Of a DNA stretch of 64,000 bases, positions 12,401 through 27,400 are shown in pieces (position 1 is the first letter of the stretch; each line of letters starts with the position of its first letter). The DNA lies in NCBI GenBank assembly GCA_965285935.1, contig OZ260664.1:64356001-64420000 (forward strand), in the 5' to 3' direction. A program made the position numbers and the translations under genes. Under the pieces are notes generated by a model that saw only the letters and a program-made list of their open reading frames with translations, ran no database searches and was not told where the DNA came from. Origin of the DNA: Ophelia neglecta (lineage: Eukaryota).

Positions 12401-15400
12401 TGTTTTTGCAATGGGTGGTATCAGTTCCTGAAAACTCGGGAACAAAGAAAGAACTACAAAGCTAGGTTGTTGTATGTCTGCGTTGAGAAACACTGTATTT
12501 ATTAAATGTTGCCAGACTAGTATAATTAGTATAGTATCTATGTCTGAGTTTGGAATCAGACATGTGTTTTTCATTTACCCCCCCCCCCCTCCCGCCAGTC
12601 ATGCAATGCTTTGTGTAAAAGGTGAAAGCTTAAACTACATTGAAAGCAACATTGGCCTATTAAACATGTTAAAAAAATACACATAACATTAGCTTACACC
12701 ATACTAGCTTTTGCAGTTTACTTAAAACCTTCTGTTAACTATTTACAAGCAGACCTTCATTTGGCAGGTAATAAGGTATCACCTCTATTTTTTTACAGGT
12801 AAGATAAGAAGTTTGGTCATTTACCCCCACCGTACTCACTGATTAAGGCTCTAAACTATGGCGCCAGTTCACCGGCTCTAAACCAGCCCCCACCAGAGGA
12901 GCAATTAGTGAGGCTGACAGCTATTACATCTGCCAGGATCACAACATACAGGAAAAATAAACTGCAAAGTCAGCAATTATGGCAGAAAATAAGGACTGCA
13001 GACTTCTGGCCTCCAGAGCAGCAAATCTCAACTCCTATCTAAATACAATCATCTGTTCTAGGTGTTCAGCTTACATGTTTAAACGACACCTATAAAACTA
13101 ATAAGTTTTTGGGAAGTGGGGTATACATTTAAAAAGACACTGGGGTTTTTGGAATTTGGAAAAGGAACCAAACAAACAGATGCTGGGTCACAGCAGGTTA
13201 ACAGAGGTCTCAGAGAGGGACTGGGTCATGGTTCAGAGGACTAGGACATGGGAACGCCTGCCAGGAACCTCTCCCAGGGGGACAAGGGAGAACCAGCCAG
13301 GGACATACGAGGGCCAACCACTTGGCCTCCAGTCAGGGTTTACCCCTGAGACTGGCAGAGGGAAGCATTAGGGTTGGTGACCTCACTCAGTAACTCACTA
13401 CTCAGCCATCAACCATCCTCAACTTCCTCCAACTCCTCAAACTAGATTCAACAAGCTGAAAGCTTTTGCTTGACCTTACAAGTGTCTGAAAGCCTCTAGA
13501 CTGTTGTATACAATCACCATCATTGGCCCCTCTTCACCGAGATGATGTGGTCCAGCCTGCTGACCCTTACATCCTTATTGTGGTCCTTGAGTAAATATCA
13601 ACTTGTAGTTTCTATCTTGCTCAGGTCCTTTGAGACTGTTTGTAAGAGGGAGATGATATGATAGGATGGTTATCTCTCACCCCAGAACACAAGACGTGAA
13701 GCAGCCTGTCCTGAACCAGGAGAAGATAAAGACTTCATTACTACCTGTCTACATTACCAGCCAGCCCACTCAATGAAGGCTGTCCTATCCAATCAGTCAC
13801 AATGAGAAGGGAATGTGTGGCCGATACCAAGAAAAAACACAACTCTACATCATTAACGTACAGCACATACCATGCAAAATTGGCACTTGACATCATACAT
13901 ATGTATTACATTCCTTCATTGCTGTGTGATTGCTTTAATATAAACAATTATTTCCTAGTTAATCCTTTGAAGTGAGATCTTTTGTTTTGTTGAATTGTGT
14001 GTATTTTTATTTAATCATTTGATATGGGATCCTTTGCTTTTGTTGATTTGCATGTTATAAACTTACAATCTATCAGCCATTGGGACAATCTGAGTGTGGC
14101 TGGCTAACCTTTCTATTTGCCATGCAATCCCCGGAGCCTGGAGGAAGGCCAACCCCTCGGAATGTGTGCTCCACTGGCAGACAGTGTCTCCCCCTTCAGG
14201 GTTATCACTGCCCTTCACTCAGCCACACGGCTTTGTGAACTTGGCCTTTCAAACTGTGCTCTCCTTGTGTGAGTTTGAAGATTAATGAATGACAACATCA
14301 CCAAAATATCAAGGCAATAGTGCCAAGCATTTCTCAACACTTGTCACTTATTAGCTCTTAATATAATTCCCGGTGGCATACCACTTCTAAACTGTATAAT
14401 GATATGTGAAACTCACAAGGGAAGAACTTGATTTATCATTCCACAGTTTTACAAAGCATGCAAGGGCACAGATTCAGGCTACTTCTCACCATTTCAGTTT
14501 GTTCACCTGTCTTACTGATTTATAGTTGACTGTTACTATAATAGTGATGGCTCCTTATTCATTGTAATTAATCAAAGCATCTGTCAGATATAACAAACTA
14601 CATGACTGTACATAATAAACTTCTGGCTTGCCAGACCACTTTTCTGATTTGGTGCAGTGATATTCAATGACACCATTCACAGCACACTGAGCGTAGGGCC
14701 CTTGACTTAACACATCTCAGATTTATCTCACAGCTACCTGAGAATACCTGTGTAACAGTCAGGAGATTCCAATATTACCTGAGGCAAAATTGACAATAGA
14801 TAGTGATTTGATTTACCTGCAACTGATCACTGTCAACTCCAGGGGGGGGGGAGGGGAGGGAGGGGAGGGGGTCAGCGGCTTGGACTAATCTGAGAACTGA
14901 TTACAAATATCACTGCTACCAAGGCAGGAAAAAGTGAGCCAAAGACTTAGTGGCCAATATAAATTAATAATGTGTTTATCATTCTGCTCTGTCTAACCAT
15001 TCATACAAGGGGAGCTCAAAACAGGGCCCCATACATGTTAATCTAGGTCCCCTCCCGCCTTCTGTATATCAACTGCTCAGCATGTGGTCCATTAAAAATA
15101 TACTTGTAGTAATGAAACAAAGGCACGATTTAAATGTTATAGCTAATATTCAAAACCAGGGCATACTTGGTTTCCTCTCATTCCAAATATTATATTAAAA
15201 ACCTGGGCAATATTACTATTTTTTATAATTTTTTCTGAAGAGGCCTTTAACATTGAGAATTGCCTGAATCTGAAAGGTGCTTCATGTACCAGTATTTTTG
15301 TAGTACGGTAGCCAGAGGGGCATACATAGACATGTACAACATTGCAACTTTTACCAGCTTGTAGCCAGAAATGGCAAGAGACACTGGCAAAATGTCAAGG

Positions 15401-18400
15401 AGACCGGCTGGCTTTCCACTTCCTGGCCAGGATACAACACCTTACTTGGAACATGCGTTCTCCTAGATGAGTGTGGAAAAAACCCCGGGGCAAAGACCAA
15501 CATCATCAACTGTGTCCCCTTTTTCAACTTTGTCCTTCAAATTGCTTCAAATTATAACCTCAAACACTTGAAGGTCAGAGTCACACCCAAGGATTGGCAG
15601 CAGGGAATTAAAAGCATTTCCTGGTGAAAGCAAATCAAACAAAGCTTGTATTTTCACACCTCCTGCAGTGGATCAATGACAAAAACTAAAAGACAAATGC
15701 TTAAACCCTGTGTACAAACAGATCCCTGTGAATCCCATCAAAGCACTTCCCCAAAAAACGGTTAAATCAAGGCTGAAGGTGCTGGGTGTGTATATTGACA
15801 GAGGGGAGAGCGCCGGCCCACAGAGAGTCTACAAACAGACTTCTGACACAGAGGCTACACACTATCTATCAGCCTTTTATTAACTGTTGTTTCAATAACA
15901 CATCTTAAGGAATTTCAAAAGATTACAAAAGACACAGCAAATGGGGATAAACAAACAGGAAGGTTCTGTAAGTGTTCTCAGCACAATTATCCTTTTTTTA
16001 GCACCTTGATTATTTTCAATATTGATACACCTCTGTGGGATGAAGACAAATATTTTAATTACCATACAAATATATTATTGAACTTGTTTGACTGTTGCTA
16101 TGTTTATACATACAAACAAAATAATATTGCCTCAAAAAAATCCCAAAAAGGAACATGTCAGAGGGATAATAGTTCGATAGTTAAGTTAACATTTGTGTTC
16201 AACTAAAAGAGAAAAACAATAGACACAGAATCTACAAGGGCCACCCAGAGAGACAGTGGGTTTTTACATGTAAACCAAGGTATCGCCAGCCAGCAGAAGA
16301 CATGGTCGAGAGGCAAACCACTTGTGGTCCCCAGTAGTATTGACAGTGTGGCCATGTCCATTGCCCACCCTGTAGAAGATCTAAGCCATGTAGAGGGCCA
16401 CAAGTCTCAGCCATGGCTGTACATACAAACACAGCACAAATAGATTGCAAATCTACATTCTGACGGCAGTTCTGTCTCTCACAGAACAAATATACAAGGC
16501 TGGCAATTAACCCCCTCGACAAGTGGTGAGCCAGGCAACACCTGGCTGACATGTCAACAGCTACCAGCCAACCATATGTAACACATGACTACACCGTTTG
16601 GGAACAGAAAAAGCCAGACAAACCAGCATGTTTCCAAACATCTACCATAAAGTGTCTGGAGCCTACATAAAGAAGATCATGCCCACAAAAAGTGGCATAC
16701 ACTTTGTCTTTCTGAGGTTTGCCCATTTGATTATGACTCAAACTTGAAATCTGCTCCATAGCAAAGAAGTGGTTTTTCTGCCAATGCTAGTGATGTGAAC
16801 ATGTAGGTCCCAGAGTACAATTTCAGTCTTAAGAATATGGATGAGAGCCAGCTGAAAGTGCTACATTATTACTCCCGCCTCTGATTTATGTGGGTTGGTA
16901 ACTGCCAAGGGAGAAGTGTGTTTATCTCCAATGTCTTACCTCTTACCATCTTACCTCTGTGGCAAAAAATGCCACAAAAAACTGCCACTTGTACAGACAC
17001 TTTGAACATAGCTCAATTGAAATCCCAATAGCAAGACTAGAGAATTGAAAAATGTAATGCTAGACTTCCATCCGATAAGATTTTTATTTCTGGGAACATT
17101 GTAGCTAGTAAATTTGAGTTGGGAGTAATGTACCATTGCTTATTGTTCTTCAGGAATGATACAGATCTTCCATTTACAGGAAAATGACCACATCTTGGTT
17201 TATAGGCTGGTTTAATTTTCTCTTTTGTTGTATACCAGCTTACATGGCTTTATTTACTGACACTGTCATACCCATGAAAAGCACCACATCCAATATCAAT
17301 AAATGTTCATATATCAGGTAGGAGCCAGAGCAATGAGCCATACTGCAATTACATTGTTCATCCTTGTGCAAAAATACCAGTAAGCACACACAAAGGCAAT
17401 GCTCAACTGTCTGACGGTCCAGTCCTAGAGTTAACAACCGACTCCTGAGAACACTTCATCTAATAGCAGGGAAATCGGGCCATTACCGCCAGAGCAAAAA
17501 GTCTGTGTCCCGACTAAATTGGAGACTTGAAGGACAGTACTACTCTACTGAAGGAGGTTTAACAGGGAGATTTGACAATTACTGATGCAAAATGAAGGTG
17601 GAAAAGTGAGATATGCAGAATTATTGCTAATTGGCCACGTTGTGTGATTCACACAAAATCCCCCTGGAATGGTGGACAGGATGTTGGCGGGTACTAGAGA
17701 GCTATCTCCCCTGTAACACACACAGCCAGAGTGGGGGTAATATGGTCTCCCTGGGTCAGCCAGAAAACCAAGCCTAATCAAATCATGTTGACAATGTCAC
17801 ACAAATGGCACACATGACCAGCCGCCTGTGTTTTACGAGGGCTAGCCATTGTTAGTGGTGATTCATGCAACTTTCACACAATGGCCACGAGATATCATGT
17901 TTGAATGAGATTATCTAAGAGATTAAAACTTGAGAGAGGGATAGAAAATTGAATTTTACTAGTAGACAGCTGATCAATATGGATTGAAAGCTTCCAATAA
18001 AGTGGTTAAAATCTGTTAGAGTTGGTCACAAATGGCAGCCTTCATATTGACTATGGAACAGGAGGGAAAAAATACATCCTGAATTATGTTTACCAGCGAT
18101 TTCAATGCACCATCCAACGATCTGTAACCGAATTAGCCATCTTCAACTTTACCAACACTGACATAAGGCAACTTTAATCAAATCAATTCAAACACTAAAT
18201 TATATTTTCATGCCAATCTTCATTTGAAATGAAGAGAGGCCAGCTTAAAAAAATAATACGATTTGTGATCTGCACCCTACAATGCCAAAACAAATTAACC
18301 ATCTGTCCATTTTCCGGTCAATCGGAACTATATGTTAATAATGAAAATGTAGGTCTCCTAGTGGATGAAGCACAGATTGGCATCACATAACAATGAAAGA

Positions 18401-21400
18401 AATTCCATTGGCTGAAATCAGTGGACTGGAAGATAGAAGTGATTGAATGCAGATGAAGATCAATACATCATTTACTCACATCCAGGTGTTTCAAATTGAT
18501 TTTGAATACTGCCACCTATGCTGAGTGAGGCTGGTGCAGAAGATATTTGGACTACACGTGCCCCGAGGTGTCAGGCTAGAGATTTAGACTGTATGTCGGG
18601 AAGTGCACAGTTGTGTTCTGTATTCTTCTGCCCATGTAACACATTGGTTCCACGTGTCACGTATTGTATTCCTTTGAGGCTAAATTGGCCTCGGAATTCA
18701 ATACCAAATCGTGACCACTGAAAGCTGACACAGGGGTCCCCAGGGAGGAACGTGACTTCTTCTAAAGGAAAATTCAGCGGAAAACATTGCCAAGAAGAAA
18801 GAGTGATCAAGGAGCAAACATGGGATAAGTGGATGAAAACAGGCTACAATGCTGGCTAAATGCTAACAAACAAGTTGAGGATGGCCAATAGCTTTTGATG
18901 GGAGCCAGCAAACACTAAAGTTACCACAAAAGACATGGTTAGCAGATATACATGTATCATCACTCAATGGTATACACACAGCATAATGTATCCAAACATG
19001 TGCAATTGATAGCGGATGCCAGAATGCTGATTGCATGATTTAGCTACACTTTTAAGTGTGAAGCTTGCTTTAGGTGAGTGGGTAACATGGAAAATCCATA
19101 CACTATGGTAATCCTATCACAGAAGGTGTGAAGAGCACACAATCACAGGCAAAACATCACCTTCACCATCCTGAGCAGAATTTGTCTAACACTCATCTGC
19201 AATTCATTATTCATTGATAAATATTGCATTACATTCCACTTGAATCTGTAATACTTTAGGAAGCAGCTTAGTATTACAACAAATGTGTTGTCTCGGTCTT
19301 TTTGCCCAAAAATCTTTATTATAAAACCATTTGTAATTAATTTTGCATCATCTAGTCTCCAGGCAACAAAACCTGCCAACTTAATGATACAGTTGCAAAA
19401 AGCTCTGTCCTCCCTTATTATCTCAGTTACTTGGTAATCTTCCACACACTTCATAATAGGATGCTAACTTTCACATGCTTGTCAAAGTATACTTTTTCTT
19501 TGATTTTTTCACTCTACAAACTGCTGAGTTTAAATGCTACAAGAAAAACCCCCAGCACAATAGAACGCCAGTAGAGGTTGACATAGGGTTATCAAAGCAA
19601 GGTGATCTCATTAGTTTGTTGTGTGGGGAGACAATGAGAAGAAGACCCAGTACACAACCTCTAACACTATCTCTCTGTTCTCAGCCTCAGAGTGGAGAAG
19701 TCAAGCCCCCTCTTTTTTGCTGGAGGTCTGTTGTGTTTAGTCTATGCCAGCCTAGGTGGTCCCAGTTTATTATTTTCACATTAAACTTGACAATCCTTTG
19801 TGTTAGTATGTCTTTTCTGTAGAAGACCCTAGACTGGGGGTGACTGGTAGAGTTCATATAGGTACAGACAAATAACTTTTCATTCAAAACCAAATCAAAA
19901 TACAGCAAGCAATCTAAACTTCAAGTGTCTATCTCTACCTTTATGAAGGGCAAAATAACTTCAAATTGTAATGATAACATTGAAGTCTGCTGCCAAAGAT
20001 GATGGCTAGTGGTGAATAAATGTAAATGCATCAGGGGCAAAGGTGTGATTAAAGGGTAAATCAGATTTGATATTCAGGTACTCCCCGCTTCAAAGGTGCC
20101 GTTTTACAAGCAAGTGCACAGTGTATCCAAATTATCACTACATCTGTGACAAGGTGTGAATTATCATAGCAGGAAGATTGAATGTATTACCTGCCCCACA
20201 TGGCAGAGATAACAAATGACATTTCAAACTTTCGGCTGTAACACCTACAGATCTAGATATCATCCCAAGTGAAAGAAACGTTCTATGATTCGGTGTACAT
20301 AAAAGCAACGATAACCCTGCACACTACCAGCTGCACCTCTCTCACAGCTCTGACGTACGGAAGCATCACCGTAATTATATTTTAACATAATTTCTAGGGA
20401 ATGATTAATGAAATATGTGTTTCTTTTAGGCGGGCTGTTGCCACTTGAGACTTGACACTGGGATAGGAAGGAATCTGGGTTTGAAAGCGGAGCATGTGTG
20501 GAGGCTGGAGTGGCATGCGTAGGCCGGAGTGGCGAGTGATCTCTGTCAGCAAGGTGGCCATTCACTGACTTTATCAAACAACCATCCTAAGAAAAAAGAT
20601 TCAATATCCACCAAGTTGTCTGGGGTTGACGGGCAGATATGTGAGGAATAGTATACCCCCCCCCCTCCCTAGCCCCCTTCTCATGAAGAAACATCTGTCC
20701 AGACATGTTTACCACATAATTGATGAATGACTTTTCAAAGTCATTATAAAATCAACTTCTAACAAATAGAGTGGTTTTCATTATTCCTGATGTCCTTTTC
20801 ACTTTTTTCCTTCCTTTTTTCCCCCAAAAACCAAAGGAATACACACTGTCAAAAGAAATAAAATCTAACCTGATATGCGACTGTGGTTAAAGCAGGACAT
20901 AACAGCCGAGTAAAGCGTGGGATCAAGCAATCCCCGCCCAGCTTCTGGCATTCATTGACATCATAAATAACATTTGACTGCCTGCTTAGCTTAAGATTTG
21001 TAATAAATAAATCAACAAGAATAAACACAGAATAACCTGTCTGCCTCAGCGCACCATGAGGAAACCCCTCGCTGTCTAGTGGGTCTAACCTTTTAAGTGA
21101 CCAACATTCACCAACCCTCTGCTAAGGGTGTCCCTTCTTGTAAAGGTAACCCATTAAACCACCTAGTTGACTCATATTTTCTCTTTCCACCCTGAAACCT
21201 ATCACATTATTTCCAACGATTAATGTAATCTCACAACCAGGCTCACCATACACCACTCCCTGACCCGCTCAAATCACCATGGACACATAAAACCTCAAGA
21301 TAAATGCTTCCTACATAATACAAAGCCAGACATTGAAGCCTACCATTCACCACTGTTGCTGGTCTCAAAGACAACCACACAATATGGCGTAGTGATCATT

Positions 21401-24400
21401 ATTGCTCAGAATATAAGGCCCAACTATGAAAGCTGTTCTTTTTCTAAAGCAGGGAACTTTCAACCTAATTAGGCGTGGACGATTCCTGGCCTAAGTGTGA
21501 GCGTCTGATTAAGTTGGCCTGCCTGAGGGAGATGAAGCTATGATGATTTGCTCCTGCCACTCCTCTAAGGTAGTTATGTGGCCCCAAAGTTGCCCATTCT
21601 GTGTGCAAATCTGTTTGTGCCTAAAGGCCATGCTTTGTCAGCAGTTAAAGACGCAGCCATTCAATGGGCATGATGTAATTTTGCAGGAACGGATTTCGTT
21701 CGGTTTGGTTGCTAAGGTACATAATGACCTTCATTGCTAGGGACATCAGGTGCCATGAGGAAGGGGTCAATAGGCGAGTCCCCTTCAGGGACACCACCGC
21801 ATTCACTGCTGCCCTTGGGGGTGGGGAAGAGACCCTCATATGGGTGGAAGAAGCCCGGATACGGATTAACTTTTAATAAATTCCTCCCCTGAGGCTCCCG
21901 ACCACTGGAAAAATGTCAGGTCAGGGGCTGAGCTCTCAGCTTTATTACTCAACTCCTTAATTAAATAGTTCACGCTTTGTCCCCTTTCTCAGAACTGGAC
22001 TGATACACTCAGCCCTGTGAATTATTGAATTAGGCAATATTCAATTTTCCCATTTGTATTTGAGAAATGTTAGTGCCAATTATCATCAGACTTGGTGCAA
22101 ATGTGTTTCCCTTAAGATCCTGGCCCTTAGGCTAAGTCAACCGTGTATAGCGGCTGAAATAAGTTTATCTCACTTAACAGCTCATTATTTCTTATAATCA
22201 TTTCTGCTTAAAAGAAATGAGGAATACAAATTTTATATAGGAGACACTAGTTCAGAATGGAATGGCAAACACAGATTGAGACGGGCAGTATACCGGGTAG
22301 TTACATTTTGTTCATAAACCGAAAATCAATGCCGATGGCCAGCAGAATATAGGAGGCAAATGGATAGTAATATACGTTACATGGAATATAGAATAGTCCT
22401 GCTTTCTTAAATTGAGAGATATTTCATTCAATAAGGAAGAGAGGCCCCTGTTAGGATTCAGACTGAGTCAATTTAAGAAGGGCGACACCATCTCAAATGC
22501 AATTTTGGTGTAAAATGACTGTAGATTTGTGTTTGGGCCAACCGTTCACCATTTCCATTACTTCCTAGAGAAAGTAAACTTGGCGAGATGGAAACCGCGC
22601 ACAGCTAATCAATATGGCTTTATCTACATTCTCAAACACGTAAAATGTCATCAATCCTGGGGCAGCTCGCTATTACCGGCAGAGTTTGTCTAGAAATCTG
22701 CCAGTTCTTGCCACCGTTTCTTCATTTTCCCGGATTGTTGACCTAGCCACGGTAAACAGTCGACTAGATGGAGTTGACACAGGCAATGCCTTGCCAGAGT
22801 TTAGACTTAAGACAGGCCCCTTGACCCTGGTACTGACTAGGGTTTTCAGGCCCTTTTCCACACTGATTTGATGGCCATTTCTGCCAGCCCACTTCCCTTA
22901 CACAAATACTCTCTTGTATTGACCAGCCAGATACCAATATCTTATTTCTATTGATTGGCCCAGTCCTAGCACGGCTGTCCACTCCTCATCAAGCCCAGTC
23001 CGTGTAGCTCTCATTGCCCATTTCCGCAGTTCTAGCCACTCGATACCTCAAGGGCACAGTGTCATATTTATCTTCTATCAACCATTACATGTGCATTTTA
23101 TCCTAGAATATTGATATTTGAAGATGCGATTCGGGCCTTTAATTCTATAACTTTAACACCTCCATTAAAGCCAGCTGCTCACTCTACAGATAATTCAGAG
23201 TATTGGGTATTTTGGTAAGACAGTATTGATTCCACACTGTGATTTCTTCTTTTGATTCATTTTTTCAGACTGCTACTGTAAGATCGATGCACCTTTCAAT
23301 CAAATGGGTATTAGTGCACACTGACAATGACATTATAGCAACCAGCTCTATTTACAATAGAGTAGTCTCCGTTAACATTCTGATATTGCTGCCATTTCCT
23401 TAATTATATTTTTGACCTTTAACACCCTCTTTGGTCAATGTGTTGCTAATAACTTATATAGATAGAGTATTGATTAACTTACTGTTTGATGAAAGAGGAG
23501 AGCCTATACACTCAGTGTATCAAACATGAACTTGATGTCATGTGCAACATAACAAGATCAATAACAAAATTAGTTGACCAGTGGTGGCATTTTCAATCTC
23601 ATCTTCTTCTCATGCTGAACATTAGAATTTGAATATTTTTTATATCAAATGAACATAAAGGCAATAGCCACATTAAAGAATTTTATATCCAAATAGTAGG
23701 TTTTCTGGGAATTCATAGTGTGTACATGTACGCAGATACAGGAAGATTTCTTGACAATATACACACCAGGAAAGCAGTTACTAAAGGCCCACCCTGTATC
23801 GCACATAGAGCTATAATAATTCATAACTACACAGCTTCCTGGCAGTCACCTGACCCTCTGTTTCCACCCCCTGTGGATTATTATATTCCAAATTATGTCC
23901 ATAGGAGTTGAAAGCTTGCATTACATAACAAATAGGGCTAACACTGTGGCATTCTGGGTAATTGTGGCTGTTTGACCCTGGTGCTCTTTGTGCGGGCCCT
24001 GTGTTCTCGTCAGCCTTGCTCTTACATCTTTTATTTCCGCCCCAGGCTAGTCATGGTCAAATTGAATGATGTCCAATCAATTAAGGCACAAATTATACCA
24101 GGCATGCATAAATGTATTTGCTGAAAAGTGCTTCTGCCCAAAGCAGACATGTTTTATTAAATACTACTCGGGTTGTGTAGAGGATAACTCAGGGGCATGA
24201 GGAAAGGGGCAAGAAAGGGGGGAGCTGCTCGGAGACCAAAAAGGCCACTGAGATTCTTACAGTCAGACGACATGCATTTTTACACTAATCGGGAGCAAGC
24301 GGCAAAAAATCATCCCACTTTCCCTCTTATAAAAGCTCAATTTCTGCCCTTTCCTTATTTTAGAGTCAGATTTGAGTTACAATTCCTACAAATGAAAAAG

Positions 24401-27400
24401 TGTATAGCAGACTACACTTGCCAGTCAAGAGATGTAACAAGTGAATTTTTTGATAGGACTGTATTACTTCTAGAAACCGCAGTGCAATGATGTTTTACAG
24501 TGTATTCATACATATCCCATGAGTATAATTATATTCCCTGGCGCTTGTTGTCGCCTCCTGTTGTCAGACTCAGGTATTACTCAAGGTAACTGCTAAAACA
24601 CAACACTTGGCAGGAATGGAATGAACTCCACAAATTAAATTGCCTACCAACTCTCGTATTCTGACTGTAGGTCACCTTTGTTCTGCTGCCAATGGTTGCT
24701 GAAGAAACACAAATAATATTTTGGTTGACTGAAGCTAGGTCTGGCTCCCTGTCTGCACCAGTCTTTGATGGCTCTACTCACATGCCTTCATTTTCATTTT
24801 GATAATTATACCTCTTTCTCTGTTGCTGCCAGAAATATGTTATGATGACTTGCCCCCTGTTAGGGTTATTTAATCAGTGGCGAAGATTATAGAATGTGGA
24901 AACCAAGCTTTAAATCTACCTAATGTACTCATTCTACAGGGGTACAATCAAGCATTGAAGAAATGAGTTGCAATCATTATAATGTAACACATTAGACACA
25001 TTTAATATGCCGGGGTGCCTCAAAAACAGCTTTGATCACTATTCCAAACCTTAAGTCACTTACAAAGGGTTCAGATTTTTTTGGCCACTGTATTGATATT
25101 TTGTCGGTTTCATATTGGGAAGTGTTCTAGGCCAATGATCTGCCGGCCCTTATGATCACTGTTCTGGTGCTTGAGCACATCAATCTGGCCTTGAAATTAT
25201 GCAGACAATTTCTCAGCAGTAATAGTGTTGCTTTCACAGTCATTCACAAATAATTTGAGTGTCCATCATTGGAGGGCTTGCTCTGTGCCATCCACATGCA
25301 TGTCACGGGTACATTATTTCCCTATTATCTCGCTTTCTGAGTTATGGGGATTATGGGAGAGGGGATAAAACGGCAGTGAGTCAGCAGAAAACCTCACTCG
25401 TTATCGATGCCATGCATCAACGTCATCTAATACAAAGATCCACAATAACAGGAGACGCGTTGGGGAACCTCGCCACTCCCAAACTGTCAATCCCTTCTGC
25501 TTAAAGAGGATGAAATAAAGGCCTGTCCCCACCGGTAAGCTCATTTCTAATCTGAGGGCATCATTAGCAGCTCACCTATCTACAAGTATAATTTTATAAA
25601 TGGAAACTTGCAAAGATATGTTTTATTCTAAGTTTTAATCTGTTGCCAATCAAACAATTTCTGATTGTAATCATGTGAGCCTTTCTGACATTCAAACAGG
25701 TATCTAACTATCATCAAATTTCATAATAACCTGATCAAGCCATAATTGAAGAGAACATTTTGGATATTAATCTATTATAATGATAAAATCTGTCATAAGA
25801 AATTTGCATTCAAAGAGGCAATTATTTTTTTTCCTGTTATTCTTCCTGTGTCTCGGGTGAGTTGATGACACACTGGGGGTCCATTACCAGATGCCATGTT
25901 GCTCAATATGACTGGGCCGCATTCTTCCACAAGAGATTTGAGAGGTAATGAAGGCAATATGGGTGGAAGATGATCAGTATGCAATCCAGCACATGTTAAG
26001 CCAGTTGTTTATGTCCTGATTAAGGCTGCGGACCTGTCCACCCCCTGGTGACTCACCCTCCCCAGCCTCAACACCTCCAATACACAACCACCTCCCTAGA
26101 GGAACTCACAGGTTGTACAATGTGTCAGCCAGAAGGCAGTGGCCAAATCCCATTCTAACAATGACATCTTTTATCACTTTTGTCATCACATTATGTGAAC
26201 GGGGTATTTGCCTTGAATTCTAAAGGAATTAGAAGCAAAATCTGTCCAAAATTAGGAATGCTAGAAGAATCCTATTACATCTAACTCCCACTGGTGTGAC
26301 TCATATAATTCCTTTAACTGCTTAGAACACAGGAACATGGGAGCATTAGACGGAAGTAACTTTGAAAAATTAGTGCCCAAGACCACGCAATCAGAAGCTT
26401 GCCTCCAAGATCCACCACCTTTACCTAGCTGAAGTATAAACCTAGCTGAAGTAGTACGGTGCTTTGAGTGTTGACATTTGATTAAATACCGTGGCGTCCT
26501 ATGACCTATGGATGCTGACCTTTGACTCTTGACTCAGTGACCTGTAGCCGGCCAGAATCAGTGTGAGATATACATTTCATTCTCCCACACAAACCAGACG
26601 AGCACCAGTCATTAGCATTACACAGGTACAAATCTCTGGTCACCTGTAAAATTCAGCAATAAATAAGAAGCCCCAAAACCTAACCCTTATTGCCCGATTC
26701 ACTTAACACACAGCTCAGCCGAAGGGAAAAAAGCAGTGGGAGGCAAACATAAAAGAACCAAGGTCTGGAAAACCTCTTGCTGCTCCATTACCAAATTGGG
26801 AAAAACTGAGCCTGAAGCTTTATGTTATTGGACAAACAGATTATGGGTGGTTGTCTACAGAGGTGTATTGCACAGTGTCATAAGACATCAGCGTCTGACC
26901 ACAGTAATCAGAAGGAGGCTGGACCACCTGCCCTCTGATTGCCAACCACAACTGGGAAATAGGCAAACTTGTAAGTGCTCTCTTGGAATTGACTTCAGGG
27001 CCTAGCTCAGACAATAGGCAATCTTCAATACTGTAAAGTGTTAATAATACCGGAAGCAGTGCATTGTACCTCTGCATAGTAAAACATCTACAATTAGAGA
27101 GGGTGTAGGAAAGCAATAGCTACTTTCTTTATCCAACCCATAATACAATTCCATAAATGTAGCCTGTTATTAAACTTTTTGATCAGACAGTATAATCTAA
27201 GGGTTATGTTTTTCTGCCCTAGTTATCATGATAACAGTATCATGTGTATGGTATGAACACATATAGGTTCAATAGTTATAAAAATTAAAGGGCACATGAC
27301 TGAGAAAATGGGCTTATTTCTGTATCAAATAAAACATTAAAAACTCCTTGGAAATGTTTGAGATATTACATGAACCTATACATGTAAGATGGGCTGAGTA

